Of a stretch of 56,012 nucleotides of DNA, positions 42,513-49,981 are shown piece after piece. Position 1 is the stretch's first letter. The number at the start of each line of letters is the position of its first letter. Under the pieces are notes generated by a model. It did no database searches and was not told where the DNA came from. It was given only the letters and a program-made list of their open reading frames with translations. The position numbers were made by a program, and so were the translations under genes. This DNA comes from Betaproteobacteria bacterium. GTDB lineage: Bacteria; Pseudomonadota; Gammaproteobacteria; Burkholderiales; SG8-41. The stretch is from NCBI GenBank assembly GCA_031399805.1, contig JANNPG010000153.1, positions 1-56,012 on the forward strand, read 5' to 3'.

Positions 42513-43571
42513 TCAGCGCGCGTGGCGCGGCAGAAACCTGCCCGGGTCGTAAAATGGCAGCCGCGCGACATGCGCGCGCGTGCGGTCTGCAAGCATGACC
42601 GCGGATCCGGGGTATGCGTCGTCGGCATTGACGAAACCGATGCCAAGCTTGCGCCCGAACACGGGCGACCAGCAAACGCTGGTCAGCATTGCGTTGCCGG
42701 GCGCCAGGTGTTCCGGCAAGCGTGTTGCCAGGACGGAATGATTCTGCGGCAGCAATCCTGTCAAACGGCGCTGCAGCGGCCGCCAGCGGAGACTACGCAA
42801 CGCCCGTGCGCCGCGAAAATCATGGCCATGAAAATCGACCATCCGCGCCAGACCCAGCTCCAGCGGCGTTACCGGCGCGGCGAGTTCACGCATGAATAGC
42901 CAGTGGCCAGCCTCTATGCGCAGTGAATCGACCGCGTCAAAACCGCATTCCAGCAATCCGCTCTCTGCGCCGGCGTCGCACAGTGCCTGCCACAGTGCTT
43001 CGGCCGCGGCATCCGCAAGCACGAATTCATAACCCATTTCGCCGCTATAGCCGATGCGCGCAAGCCAGCAGTCGCGGTCCGCGAATTTAAGCCGCTCGAA
43101 GCCGTAGTAGGGCAGCGCGACCTGCTGCGGTGCAAAGCAGCGCTCGATAATGCGCCGGCTCGCCGGGCCTTGCAGCGCAATGACTGCATGCTGCCGCGAG
43201 ATGTCGGTCACGGTCACATTAAACTCGCGGGCGCTTTGCGCAACAGGCTCGAAATCGGCGCGCCTGCCGACGAACAGCCAGTAGTGCTCGCTGTTCAGAC
43301 GCCACACTGTCGCGTCATTCAGCACCGTGCCGTCGTCGCGCAGCAGCAACGTATAGGCGATACGCCCGGCCGGCAAGCCGTCGAGCGCGCGCGTTTGCAG
43401 TGCCTGCAGGAAAGCAGCACTCGCGGGCCCCGTAATTTCGGCGCAGCACATGAATGAAAAATCGAACAGGCCGGCCGACCGGCGCGTGGCCAGATGTTCG
43501 TGCTGCGGGTCGCTGAAGTAACGCGGCGTCGGGATGCCCGGCGCTACCGTCAGGGTTGCGGGGCAGCGCAT
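42513..43571 (-). CDS. GcvT-family folate-binding aminomethyltransferase-like protein
   Basis: RRSAGLFDFSFMCCAEITGPASAAFLQALQTRALDGLPAGRIAYTLLLRDDGTVLNDATVWRL resembles the GcvT N-terminal fold. I chose start ATG 43571 because it lies downstream of the TauE stop. Confidence 0.8.
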   Translation of the reverse strand: MRCPATLTVAPGIPTPRYFSDPQHEHLATRRSAGLFDFSFMCCAEITGPASAAFLQALQTRALDGLPAGRIAYTLLLRDDGTVLNDATVWRLNSEHYWLFVGRRADFEPVAQSAREFNVTVTDISRQHAVIALQGPASRRIIERCFAPQQVALPYYGFERLKFADRDCWLARIGYSGEMGYEFVLADAAAEALWQALCDAGAESGLLECGFDAVDSLRIEAGHWLFMRELAAPVTPLELGLARMVDFHGHDFRGARALRSLRWRPLQRRLTGLLPQNHSVLATRLPEHLAPGNAMLTSVCWSPVFGRKLGIGFVNADDAYPGSAVMLADRTRAHVARLPFYDPGRFLPRHAR

Positions 43572-43597
43572 GCTTAGAAACCTGGCCAGCGCCGTTG

Positions 43598-44335
43598 TCA
43601 CTTGAACCATCCGAGTTCGTGCCCTATCAGCGCGAATCCAACCGCAATGCATAGCACGGCGACGAATTTGCGCAACAGATCGGCGTTCACCGCATGCACG
43701 ATGCGCGCGCCAAGCACGACGCCCAGAATTTCAAGCAGGGTGACCGTGGCGGCAACGCTGAAATCGATCGTGCCATACTTGAGGTTGCCGAACGTGCCGG
43801 ATACCGCAGCGACGATCTGGATGACCTGGCTCGTACCGATCGAGGTCAGAGCCGGAAATCCGCACAGCACCATCAGCGGTACGGACAGCGCAGGGCCGCC
43901 GACACCCGTCAGTCCGGACCCGAACCCGGCAATTGCGCCCAGGGCGAGTAACAGCATGCTTTGCGCGTGCCTGCGCCCGGCAAACGCGGGTTGTGGTATG
44001 CCGTGCCACTTTGCCATGGTATAGACGCCGGCGAAAATAATGACGGCTGCGAGCAGGATTGCAAGGGCGCCGGGCCCAGTCAGCGAATTGACCCACGCGC
44101 CGATAAACGCAAAAAAAACGGCGCCCAGCAAAACCGGCTGCGTAACGGACCAGTCGATGCTGCCGCGCCGCTGGAACATGAGGGTGCCGGTGACACCGGT
44201 AAATGCGAATGTAAAAAGCGCGGTCGCCATCGCGACGTGGATTGACAGGCCGGCAAATGCGGTTAATGCCGGAATCAGCAGGATGCCACCAATGCCGACC
44301 GCGCCAATCAGCGTGCCGACGCCAAAGGCGCTCAC
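43598..44335 (-). CDS. TauE/SafE-family sulfite/organosulfonate exporter
   Basis: Eight predicted transmembrane segments with duplicated G-rich motifs (GAVGIGGILLIPAL and GLTGVGGPALSVPL). The start is uncertain: GTG 44335, or a CTG 24 nt upstream. Confidence 0.8.
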   Translation of the reverse strand: MSAFGVGTLIGAVGIGGILLIPALTAFAGLSIHVAMATALFTFAFTGVTGTLMFQRRGSIDWSVTQPVLLGAVFFAFIGAWVNSLTGPGALAILLAAVIIFAGVYTMAKWHGIPQPAFAGRRHAQSMLLLALGAIAGFGSGLTGVGGPALSVPLMVLCGFPALTSIGTSQVIQIVAAVSGTFGNLKYGTIDFSVAATVTLLEILGVVLGARIVHAVNADLLRKFVAVLCIAVGFALIGHELGWFK

Positions 44336-44380
44336 CAGCAGCCATGCGAGATCAGTCAGGCCGGTCTCCGGAAATAATCA

Positions 44381-44400
44381 GGGGCATGCTGGCATGCCCC
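44381..44400. promoter_or_regulatory. Perfect 8-bp GC-rich hairpin inside the operon, between the CNB and TauE genes
   Basis: GGGGCATG-ctgg-CATGCCCC. Confidence 0.35.
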
Positions 44401-44431
44401 GGTGTCGGTTTGCGCATGATCCCGCCGGCGG

Positions 44432-44896
44432 TCAGCCCGACGCAAACGCGGTCAGGTTGCCGGTGATCAGAATATTGAGCTGTTTCATCAAGCGAAAGCC
44501 GAGACTGTGATCGGCTTCCATCAACAGCAACAGCTGATCACCGTTGATGGCGAATACCGAACAAGGCGTAAGGCAGACCGCGGACGCAATGCGCGTGGGC
44601 GCCTGCTCGACGAGCGCGGCCCAGCCGAAAACCTCGCCGCATTGCAGTATCTGGCCGGCCGCGGTGCGTCGGCTGCCGAGCCCGATGCTGAACCGCACCA
44701 TGCCGTCGACCAGAACGTAGCAGTCGACCGCCACATCGCCGATATTGTAAATCTGGCTGTCCTGGCGATAACTGTCGATGCGACCCAGCGCCGCGATGCG
44801 TTCATGCTGCGCCGGCGCAAGCCCGGCGAAAAAACCGGCGCCGCCCACAATGTCGGCGTGTGTCGGGACGATGCCCGCGGCGGCCGGTTGCGTCAC
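44432..44896 (-). CDS. Stand-alone atypical CNB-domain protein (154 aa, no DNA-binding domain)
   Basis: VDCYVLVDGMVRFSIG...GEVFGWAALVEQAPTRIASAVC. GTGA overlap with the upstream PanB-like gene. Confidence 0.8.
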   Translation of the reverse strand: MTQPAAAGIVPTHADIVGGAGFFAGLAPAQHERIAALGRIDSYRQDSQIYNIGDVAVDCYVLVDGMVRFSIGLGSRRTAAGQILQCGEVFGWAALVEQAPTRIASAVCLTPCSVFAINGDQLLLLMEADHSLGFRLMKQLNILITGNLTAFASG

Positions 44897-45762
44897 TTCT
44901 TCCAGCCCACCTTGTCCTTGAATTTCTTGAGTTCGTCTTCTTTCATGTACACCGTGTGTTCCTTGCCTGGATAGATGCGCTTCCTGACTTCATCGCGATA
45001 GTCGGTGAGACCTTTCTCGATGATAGGCACGAGGTCGCAATAGATCTTGGAATGGCGCGGTGTGTGTTTCTCGTAGAGATGGAAGAGATCGGAGCCGATG
45101 ATATGCACACCGTCCGAGGTATTGCCCGAGCCCAGGCTTACCACCGGTACCGGCAGAGTCTCAGCAAGAAACTGCGACACTTCGGAGGTCACCACCTCGG
45201 TCATGATGGAGAAACATCCGGCATCGACAAACGCCCATGCGTCATCCACCAGTTCTTTGGCGCGGTCGGCGGTCTTGCCCTGCGCTGCGAAGCCGCCGAG
45301 TTGCGGAATGCGCATCGGGCAGATGCCGATGTGCCCCTGCACGGGAATACCTGCCTTGACGATGGCTTCGATGTATTTCGCGTGATGTTGGTTGCCCTCG
45401 CACTTCATGACTTCGGCGCCGGCCTGCGACACGTACTTGGCCGCATTGTCGACGGATTGCTGCGCTGAGAGGTGAAAGCTCATGTAGGGCATATCAACCA
45501 TGCGCAGTCCGTACTGCGACCCGCGCTTGACCGCCTGCGCCATGAACAGCACCTCTTCAAACGAGACGGAAGTGGTCGATTCGTGACCGAACAACACCAT
45601 ACCGCCGGTGTCGGACACGCACAGGATATCGATGCCCACGCGGTCGGCGACAATCGCGGTTTCGTAGTCATAGACGGCGAGTTGCACGATGGGTTCGCCT
45701 TTTTTCTTCTTTTCCATCAGCATCGGGATAGTTACCTTTTTACGCGCTGCTTGTTCGGCCAT
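44893..45762 (-). CDS. PanB-family (3-methyl-2-oxobutanoate hydroxymethyltransferase-like) methylene-THF-dependent enzyme
   Basis: KVTIPMLMEKKKKGEPIVQLAVYDYETAIVADRVGIDILCVSDTGGMVLFGHESTT and GHIGICPM are typical of the PanB TIM barrel. AAGGAGG ribosome-binding site before ATG 45762. Confidence 0.8.
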   Translation of the reverse strand: MAEQAARKKVTIPMLMEKKKKGEPIVQLAVYDYETAIVADRVGIDILCVSDTGGMVLFGHESTTSVSFEEVLFMAQAVKRGSQYGLRMVDMPYMSFHLSAQQSVDNAAKYVSQAGAEVMKCEGNQHHAKYIEAIVKAGIPVQGHIGICPMRIPQLGGFAAQGKTADRAKELVDDAWAFVDAGCFSIMTEVVTSEVSQFLAETLPVPVVSLGSGNTSDGVHIIGSDLFHLYEKHTPRHSKIYCDLVPIIEKGLTDYRDEVRKRIYPGKEHTVYMKEDELKKFKDKVGWKK

Positions 45763-45814
45763 GGCCGCCTCCTTGGTGGTTAACTCTTGAGATCGCAAAG
45801 TTTAAAAAACGTAA

Positions 45815-45829
45815 GCAAGCCTTATGCCA
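45815..45829 (-). promoter_or_regulatory. Sigma-54 (-24/-12) promoter of the PanB-like / CNB / TauE / GcvT-like operon
   Basis: The minus strand reads TGGCATA-aggc-TTGCT. It lies about 53 nt upstream of ATG 45762. Confidence 0.7.
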
Positions 45830-45899
45830 ATGGTTTGCAAGGAAAAAACGTCCCGATTACGTGGTTTGTCGCCGACAGTTCTGCGGTCGCAGTTCACTG

Positions 45900-45914
45900 G
45901 TTTCCAAATGAAAC
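45900..45914 (-). promoter_or_regulatory. Palindrome GTTTC-N5-GAAAC; candidate UAS, second copy
   Basis: GTTTCcaaatGAAAC is centred about 79 nt upstream of the -24 element. An extra GTTTC/GAAAC half-site lies at 45922-45926. Confidence 0.5.
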
Positions 45915-45963
45915 GATTGCTGTTTCCAAAGGACCGGCGATTATGTGCGAACCGGCCGCGCCA

Positions 45964-47397
45964 TCACGCGCGCGCCCCCGACCCGCCCGCGCGGCCCGAC
46001 CGTCCGCCAGACCGAAAGAGCCCCCAGCGATTGCGCCTTACCCATAGCGCCTTGCGGCCGATGCCGAGCATCGTCGCCAGTTCCTGTTCGCTGTAGCGAT
46101 CCTGATAGCGTTTGACGAATTCGGCGATGTAGTCCTCGATAGACAGCGCGGTGGCGAACGTGCCGTCCGTGCCGGCGGGTTGCAGATCAGACGTAGGTTC
46201 GTGCGTCGAAAGGTCTGAAAAATCGCGCGCCGACAGCGTCGCCCCGTCGGCCAGTATGACGGCGCGCTCGATCACGTTTTCGAGTTCGCGCACGTTGCCC
46301 GGCCAGCGGTATCGAACGAGAATATTTTTCAGATCATCGCTGATGCCGGCAATGCGTTTGCCGAGGCGGCGGCTATGTTCCGCGATGAAATGATCGGTCA
46401 GTATTTCGATATCCTTGCCGCGTTCGCGCAGAGGCGGCACGTGTATATTGATGACATTAAGCCGATAAAAAAGGTCGGCGCGGAATGCGCCTTGCTCGGT
46501 GGCGCTTTTCAGATCGCGGTTGCTGGCGGCAAGAATCCGCACATCGGTGTGAAAAATGCGGGTAGAACCCAGCGGCCGCACCTGTTTTTCCTGGATCACG
46601 CGCAGCAGTTTCACCTGTAACTGCGGTGCCAGTTCGGATATTTCGTCCAGAAACAGCGTGCCGCCGTGCGCTTCACGAATTAGTCCTTCCGTGGCGGCAA
46701 CCGCGCCGGTATACGCGCCCCTGGTGTGGCCGAACAATTCCGACTCGAGCAGTTCGGCAGGAATGGCGCCGCAGTTGATCGGCACGAACGAGCGCTCGGC
46801 GCGCGGACTCGCGTTATGTATGGCCTGCGCGACGAGCTCCTTGCCGGTCCCGCTTTCGCCCTGGATCAGCACGTTGGCATCGGTAACGGCCACCTTGTCG
46901 ATCAACTCGAATACGCGCTTGATGCCCGCGCTGTGGCCGATAATGCGCATGCTGGCGTGGGCGTTTTTCAGGTTGCGCTTGAGCAGTGCGTTCTCGCGCT
47001 GCATCCGGCGCACGCTGAGCGCGCGCTCGATCGCGAACAGCAGCGCGTCGTTGTGAAAAGGCTTGATGACATAGTCGACAGCGCCGTTTTTGAGTGCTTC
47101 GATCGCGGTATCGAGCGACGAATAACTCGTCATCAGGATGATCGGCAGGGCGGGCTGCGCCTTATGCAATGTCCGGATTACCGACATGCCGTCGCCAGCG
47201 GGCAGACGCAGGTCGGTGATGACGAGGTCGTACTCGCTGGCGGCCACTTTGTCCAGGCCCTCCTCGGCGCGCGTCGCAAACTCGACTCCGTAGCCTCGCG
47301 CCGGCAACAGCATCTCGATACTCGTGCTGACGCCGGGATCGTCCTCGATAATCAGTATGCGTTCGTTACGCGCGAATTGTGCGACGCTCGCGGTCAT
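45964..47397 (-). CDS. Sigma-54-dependent response regulator (REC, AAA+ and Fis-type HTH domains; NtrC family)
   Basis: REC domain (ILIIEDD...DLVITDLRLP). AAA+ domain (GESGTGKE, ESELFGHTRGAYTGA, a GAFTGA variant). C-terminal HTH. ATGA overlap with the kinase gene. Confidence 0.92.
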   Translation of the reverse strand: MTASVAQFARNERILIIEDDPGVSTSIEMLLPARGYGVEFATRAEEGLDKVAASEYDLVITDLRLPAGDGMSVIRTLHKAQPALPIILMTSYSSLDTAIEALKNGAVDYVIKPFHNDALLFAIERALSVRRMQRENALLKRNLKNAHASMRIIGHSAGIKRVFELIDKVAVTDANVLIQGESGTGKELVAQAIHNASPRAERSFVPINCGAIPAELLESELFGHTRGAYTGAVAATEGLIREAHGGTLFLDEISELAPQLQVKLLRVIQEKQVRPLGSTRIFHTDVRILAASNRDLKSATEQGAFRADLFYRLNVINIHVPPLRERGKDIEILTDHFIAEHSRRLGKRIAGISDDLKNILVRYRWPGNVRELENVIERAVILADGATLSARDFSDLSTHEPTSDLQPAGTDGTFATALSIEDYIAEFVKRYQDRYSEQELATMLGIGRKALWVRRNRWGLFRSGGRSGRAGGSGARA

Positions 47398-48422
47398 CGG
47401 GATACCGCCGGCAGCCGGATGTAGAAGCATGCGCCGCCCTGCGCATCGTTGGCCGCGCGCATGCTGCCGCCGTGCGAGAGCACGATTTCGCTGCTGATCG
47501 CGAGGCCGAGCCCGGTGCCGTACCCGGCGGGCTTGGTCGTAAAAAACGGCTCGAACAAGCGCGGCAGATCGCGCTCGGCAATGCCGGGTCCGGTATCACG
47601 AATCGCAATTTCCACGCTGTTCGCATCGGGTCGGGTATCGCGGATAAAGAGGCGCCCGCGGCCGCGCATGGCCTGCGCGGCGTTCGTGAATACGTTGCAG
47701 AAAACCTGCTGGAGCTGGCTGGGATCGCCGTGGATGACGATCGCATGGTCGAGCGTGCATGCGACGCTGACCTCGTGCATGAGGCTATCCTGGTGCAATA
47801 GCGACAAGGCATCGTTCACCGTGGCGAACAAATTGAGCGACGCGCGGGCATCGTTGCTCGCGCGCGAGAAGTCGTTGAGCTTGCGCGAAATATTCAGTAC
47901 GCGCTGCACGTTGGCCGCGATGTTGGCGAGACCTTTGTCCAGCAGCGCGGGCGGGCACTCGGGGGTGGCGCGCAGCAATTGAACGGTCGAACTGATCGCC
48001 GTCAGCGGATTCGCCACTTCATGGCACACACCCGCGACCATGAAGCCGAGGGATGCGAGGCGCGCGACCTGGGTATTGCCGAGACCGCCGGTGGTTTCCG
48101 GCTGCCGGATAACGAACAGGCAGGCGCCCAGCGGCAGGCGATGCAGGGTGATGTGCTCAGTTACGGCGGTACCGTGCTCGTCGCGAGTGACGACCGCCGC
48201 CTGGGGCGTCAGCCAGGGTACTTCTCCGTGCAGCGCCGCGTAATAGTACGGAAACATGCGGGCGAGCGGGACGCTGGCGGGAGCGTTCGCCGTCACGCCC
48301 GCGCGGCGCATCTCCTGATTGATAAACGTCACTGAGCCCTGCTCGTCCACCATCATTACCGGCCACGGCAGCGCGTCGAAAAACGCGGTCAGAATTTCAT
48401 GTATATCGGAGAACGCATTCAT
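47394..48422 (-). CDS. Soluble PAS-domain sensor histidine kinase
   Basis: N-terminal PAS-like region (PWPVMMVDEQGSVTFIN), H-box CHEVANPL, and HATPase N/G boxes (FTNAAQAM, DTGPGI, GTGLGLAIS). I saw no transmembrane segment. Confidence 0.88.
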   Translation of the reverse strand: MNAFSDIHEILTAFFDALPWPVMMVDEQGSVTFINQEMRRAGVTANAPASVPLARMFPYYYAALHGEVPWLTPQAAVVTRDEHGTAVTEHITLHRLPLGACLFVIRQPETTGGLGNTQVARLASLGFMVAGVCHEVANPLTAISSTVQLLRATPECPPALLDKGLANIAANVQRVLNISRKLNDFSRASNDARASLNLFATVNDALSLLHQDSLMHEVSVACTLDHAIVIHGDPSQLQQVFCNVFTNAAQAMRGRGRLFIRDTRPDANSVEIAIRDTGPGIAERDLPRLFEPFFTTKPAGYGTGLGLAISSEIVLSHGGSMRAANDAQGGACFYIRLPAVSR

Positions 48423-48456
48423 GACGGCAATGAGGCGGCTTTTAGCACGCGAACAT

Positions 48457-48591
48457 CTAGCACGAGAACATATTGGCATACCCGATCAGGAAGTCGGGAT
48501 TCAGGTAGGCCTTGAAACTCAGATAGCTCACGTAGGCGAGCAGCGTCGCCAATATCAGCCACACGAGCGGGCGGTGGGTTTGCCTGATCAT
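48457..48591 (-). CDS. 44-aa single-transmembrane protein translationally coupled to the MFS gene; possible MFS small subunit
   Basis: It is not in the ORF track because it is shorter than 60 aa. ATG 48591 overlaps the MFS TGA stop (ATGA). The sequence is MIRQTHRPLVWLILATLLAYVSYLSFKAYLNPDFLIGYANMFSC. Confidence 0.5.
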   Translation of the reverse strand: MIRQTHRPLVWLILATLLAYVSYLSFKAYLNPDFLIGYANMFSC

Positions 48592-49766
48592 GGCTTGCTC
48601 TCGGCCGCACGCAGGAGCGTAACGTCACGCTCGTCGACAGGCACGCACAGCGCGGCGGCCAATACGCTTAAGACTATACAGAATATCCATACCGTGGTGT
48701 AAGAACCAGTTAAATCAAACATCAAACCGCCGTACCATGCGCCGAGAAAGCTGCCGATCTGATGGCCGAGGAACACGATGCTGAACAGTGTGGAAAGGTA
48801 TTTTACGCCGAAAATTTGCGCGACCAGACCGTTGGTCAAAGGAACGGTGCCCAGCCACGTGATGCCCATCGTGATGCCGAATCCCCAGATCGTGAAGGTC
48901 GACAGCGGCAGAGCGATGAACAGCGAAATCGCCACCGCGCGTATGCTGTACAGCCACACCAGAAGATACTTTTTGCTGTAATGCCCGCCGAGCAGGCCGC
49001 AGCCATACGAACCGACGATGTTGAAAAAACCAATCAGCGCGAGCGCCGTCATGCCCTGGGTCGGCGACATCCCCTGATCGACCAGATAGGCCGGCAGGTG
49101 GATCATGATGAATAGGGTCTGAAATCCGCAAACCAGAAAACTGACTGTCAGCAACCAGAAGCCCTTGTGCGCCGCCGCTTCGCGGATCGCGGCGGACAGG
49201 CTCTGGCTGCCGGCATGCGCGGCGGTGTTCCTGCCGGCGAGTGCTGCTGCGAGCGGGATGATTACGAGCGACGTTGCGGCAAGCACCAGGAGCGCGCTCA
49301 ACCACCCGAAATTCGAGATCAATGACTGTCCGAACGGCAGCATGGCGAACTGACCGAACGAGCCACCGGCGCCGACCAGGCCGAGCGCCGCACTGCGTTT
49401 CGCCGGGGGTGCTGCGCGTCCGACGACGCCCATTACGACACCGAAACCGCAGCCGCTGAGTCCCAGACCGACCAAAATGCCGGCGCTTAAATCGAACGCA
49501 AGACCGGTGGTCGAGTGCGCCATCATCAGCAGTCCCAGGGCGTAGAAAATTCCGCCGGCAACGATAACCCGCGCCGCGCCGAACTTGTCGGCAATCGCGC
49601 CGGCGAAAGGCTGGCCGAGGCCCCACACGATGTTCTGCAACGCGATCGCGAAGCCGAACGTTTCGCGCGTCCAGCCCAGCTCCAGAGTCATCGGTTGCAG
49701 GAACAAGCCGAAACTCTGGCGCGTGCCGACAGAAAGCATGAGCACCATGCTGCCGCAGGCAAGCAC
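48588..49766 (-). CDS. MFS transporter (resembles the oxalate/formate-antiporter-like subfamily)
   Basis: Twelve-transmembrane pattern and GLGQPFAGAIADKFGAARV (motif A region). The start is uncertain: the frame stays open 90 nt further upstream, but with no ATG, GTG or TTG. Confidence 0.8.
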   Translation of the reverse strand: MLACGSMVLMLSVGTRQSFGLFLQPMTLELGWTRETFGFAIALQNIVWGLGQPFAGAIADKFGAARVIVAGGIFYALGLLMMAHSTTGLAFDLSAGILVGLGLSGCGFGVVMGVVGRAAPPAKRSAALGLVGAGGSFGQFAMLPFGQSLISNFGWLSALLVLAATSLVIIPLAAALAGRNTAAHAGSQSLSAAIREAAAHKGFWLLTVSFLVCGFQTLFIMIHLPAYLVDQGMSPTQGMTALALIGFFNIVGSYGCGLLGGHYSKKYLLVWLYSIRAVAISLFIALPLSTFTIWGFGITMGITWLGTVPLTNGLVAQIFGVKYLSTLFSIVFLGHQIGSFLGAWYGGLMFDLTGSYTTVWIFCIVLSVLAAALCVPVDERDVTLLRAAESKP

Positions 49767-49981
49767 TACGGCCGGCGTGCGCCAGCCCGCGACTTGCGTT
49801 TTTGCCGGGTGGATGATGGTGTATCCTCCGCTGTTGGCCAGCAGACACTGCTGGATGGGATAAAATTATTATCGCACAAAGGACTAGGCGCAGAATTGTC
49901 CCGGGCTCTTAACCGGACAGCGGCAATATTTTGTGCTAAGTTCACGCGCTTTGCGCGGCGCACCATTAGCAGTCGTTCTCC

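Noticed and set aside
48715-49848. 377-aa alternative-frame ORF overlapping the MFS gene on the same strand.
   Set aside because: It is Arg/Gly/Pro-rich with no hydrophobic segments. The 392-aa frame gives a coherent 12-transmembrane MFS pattern.
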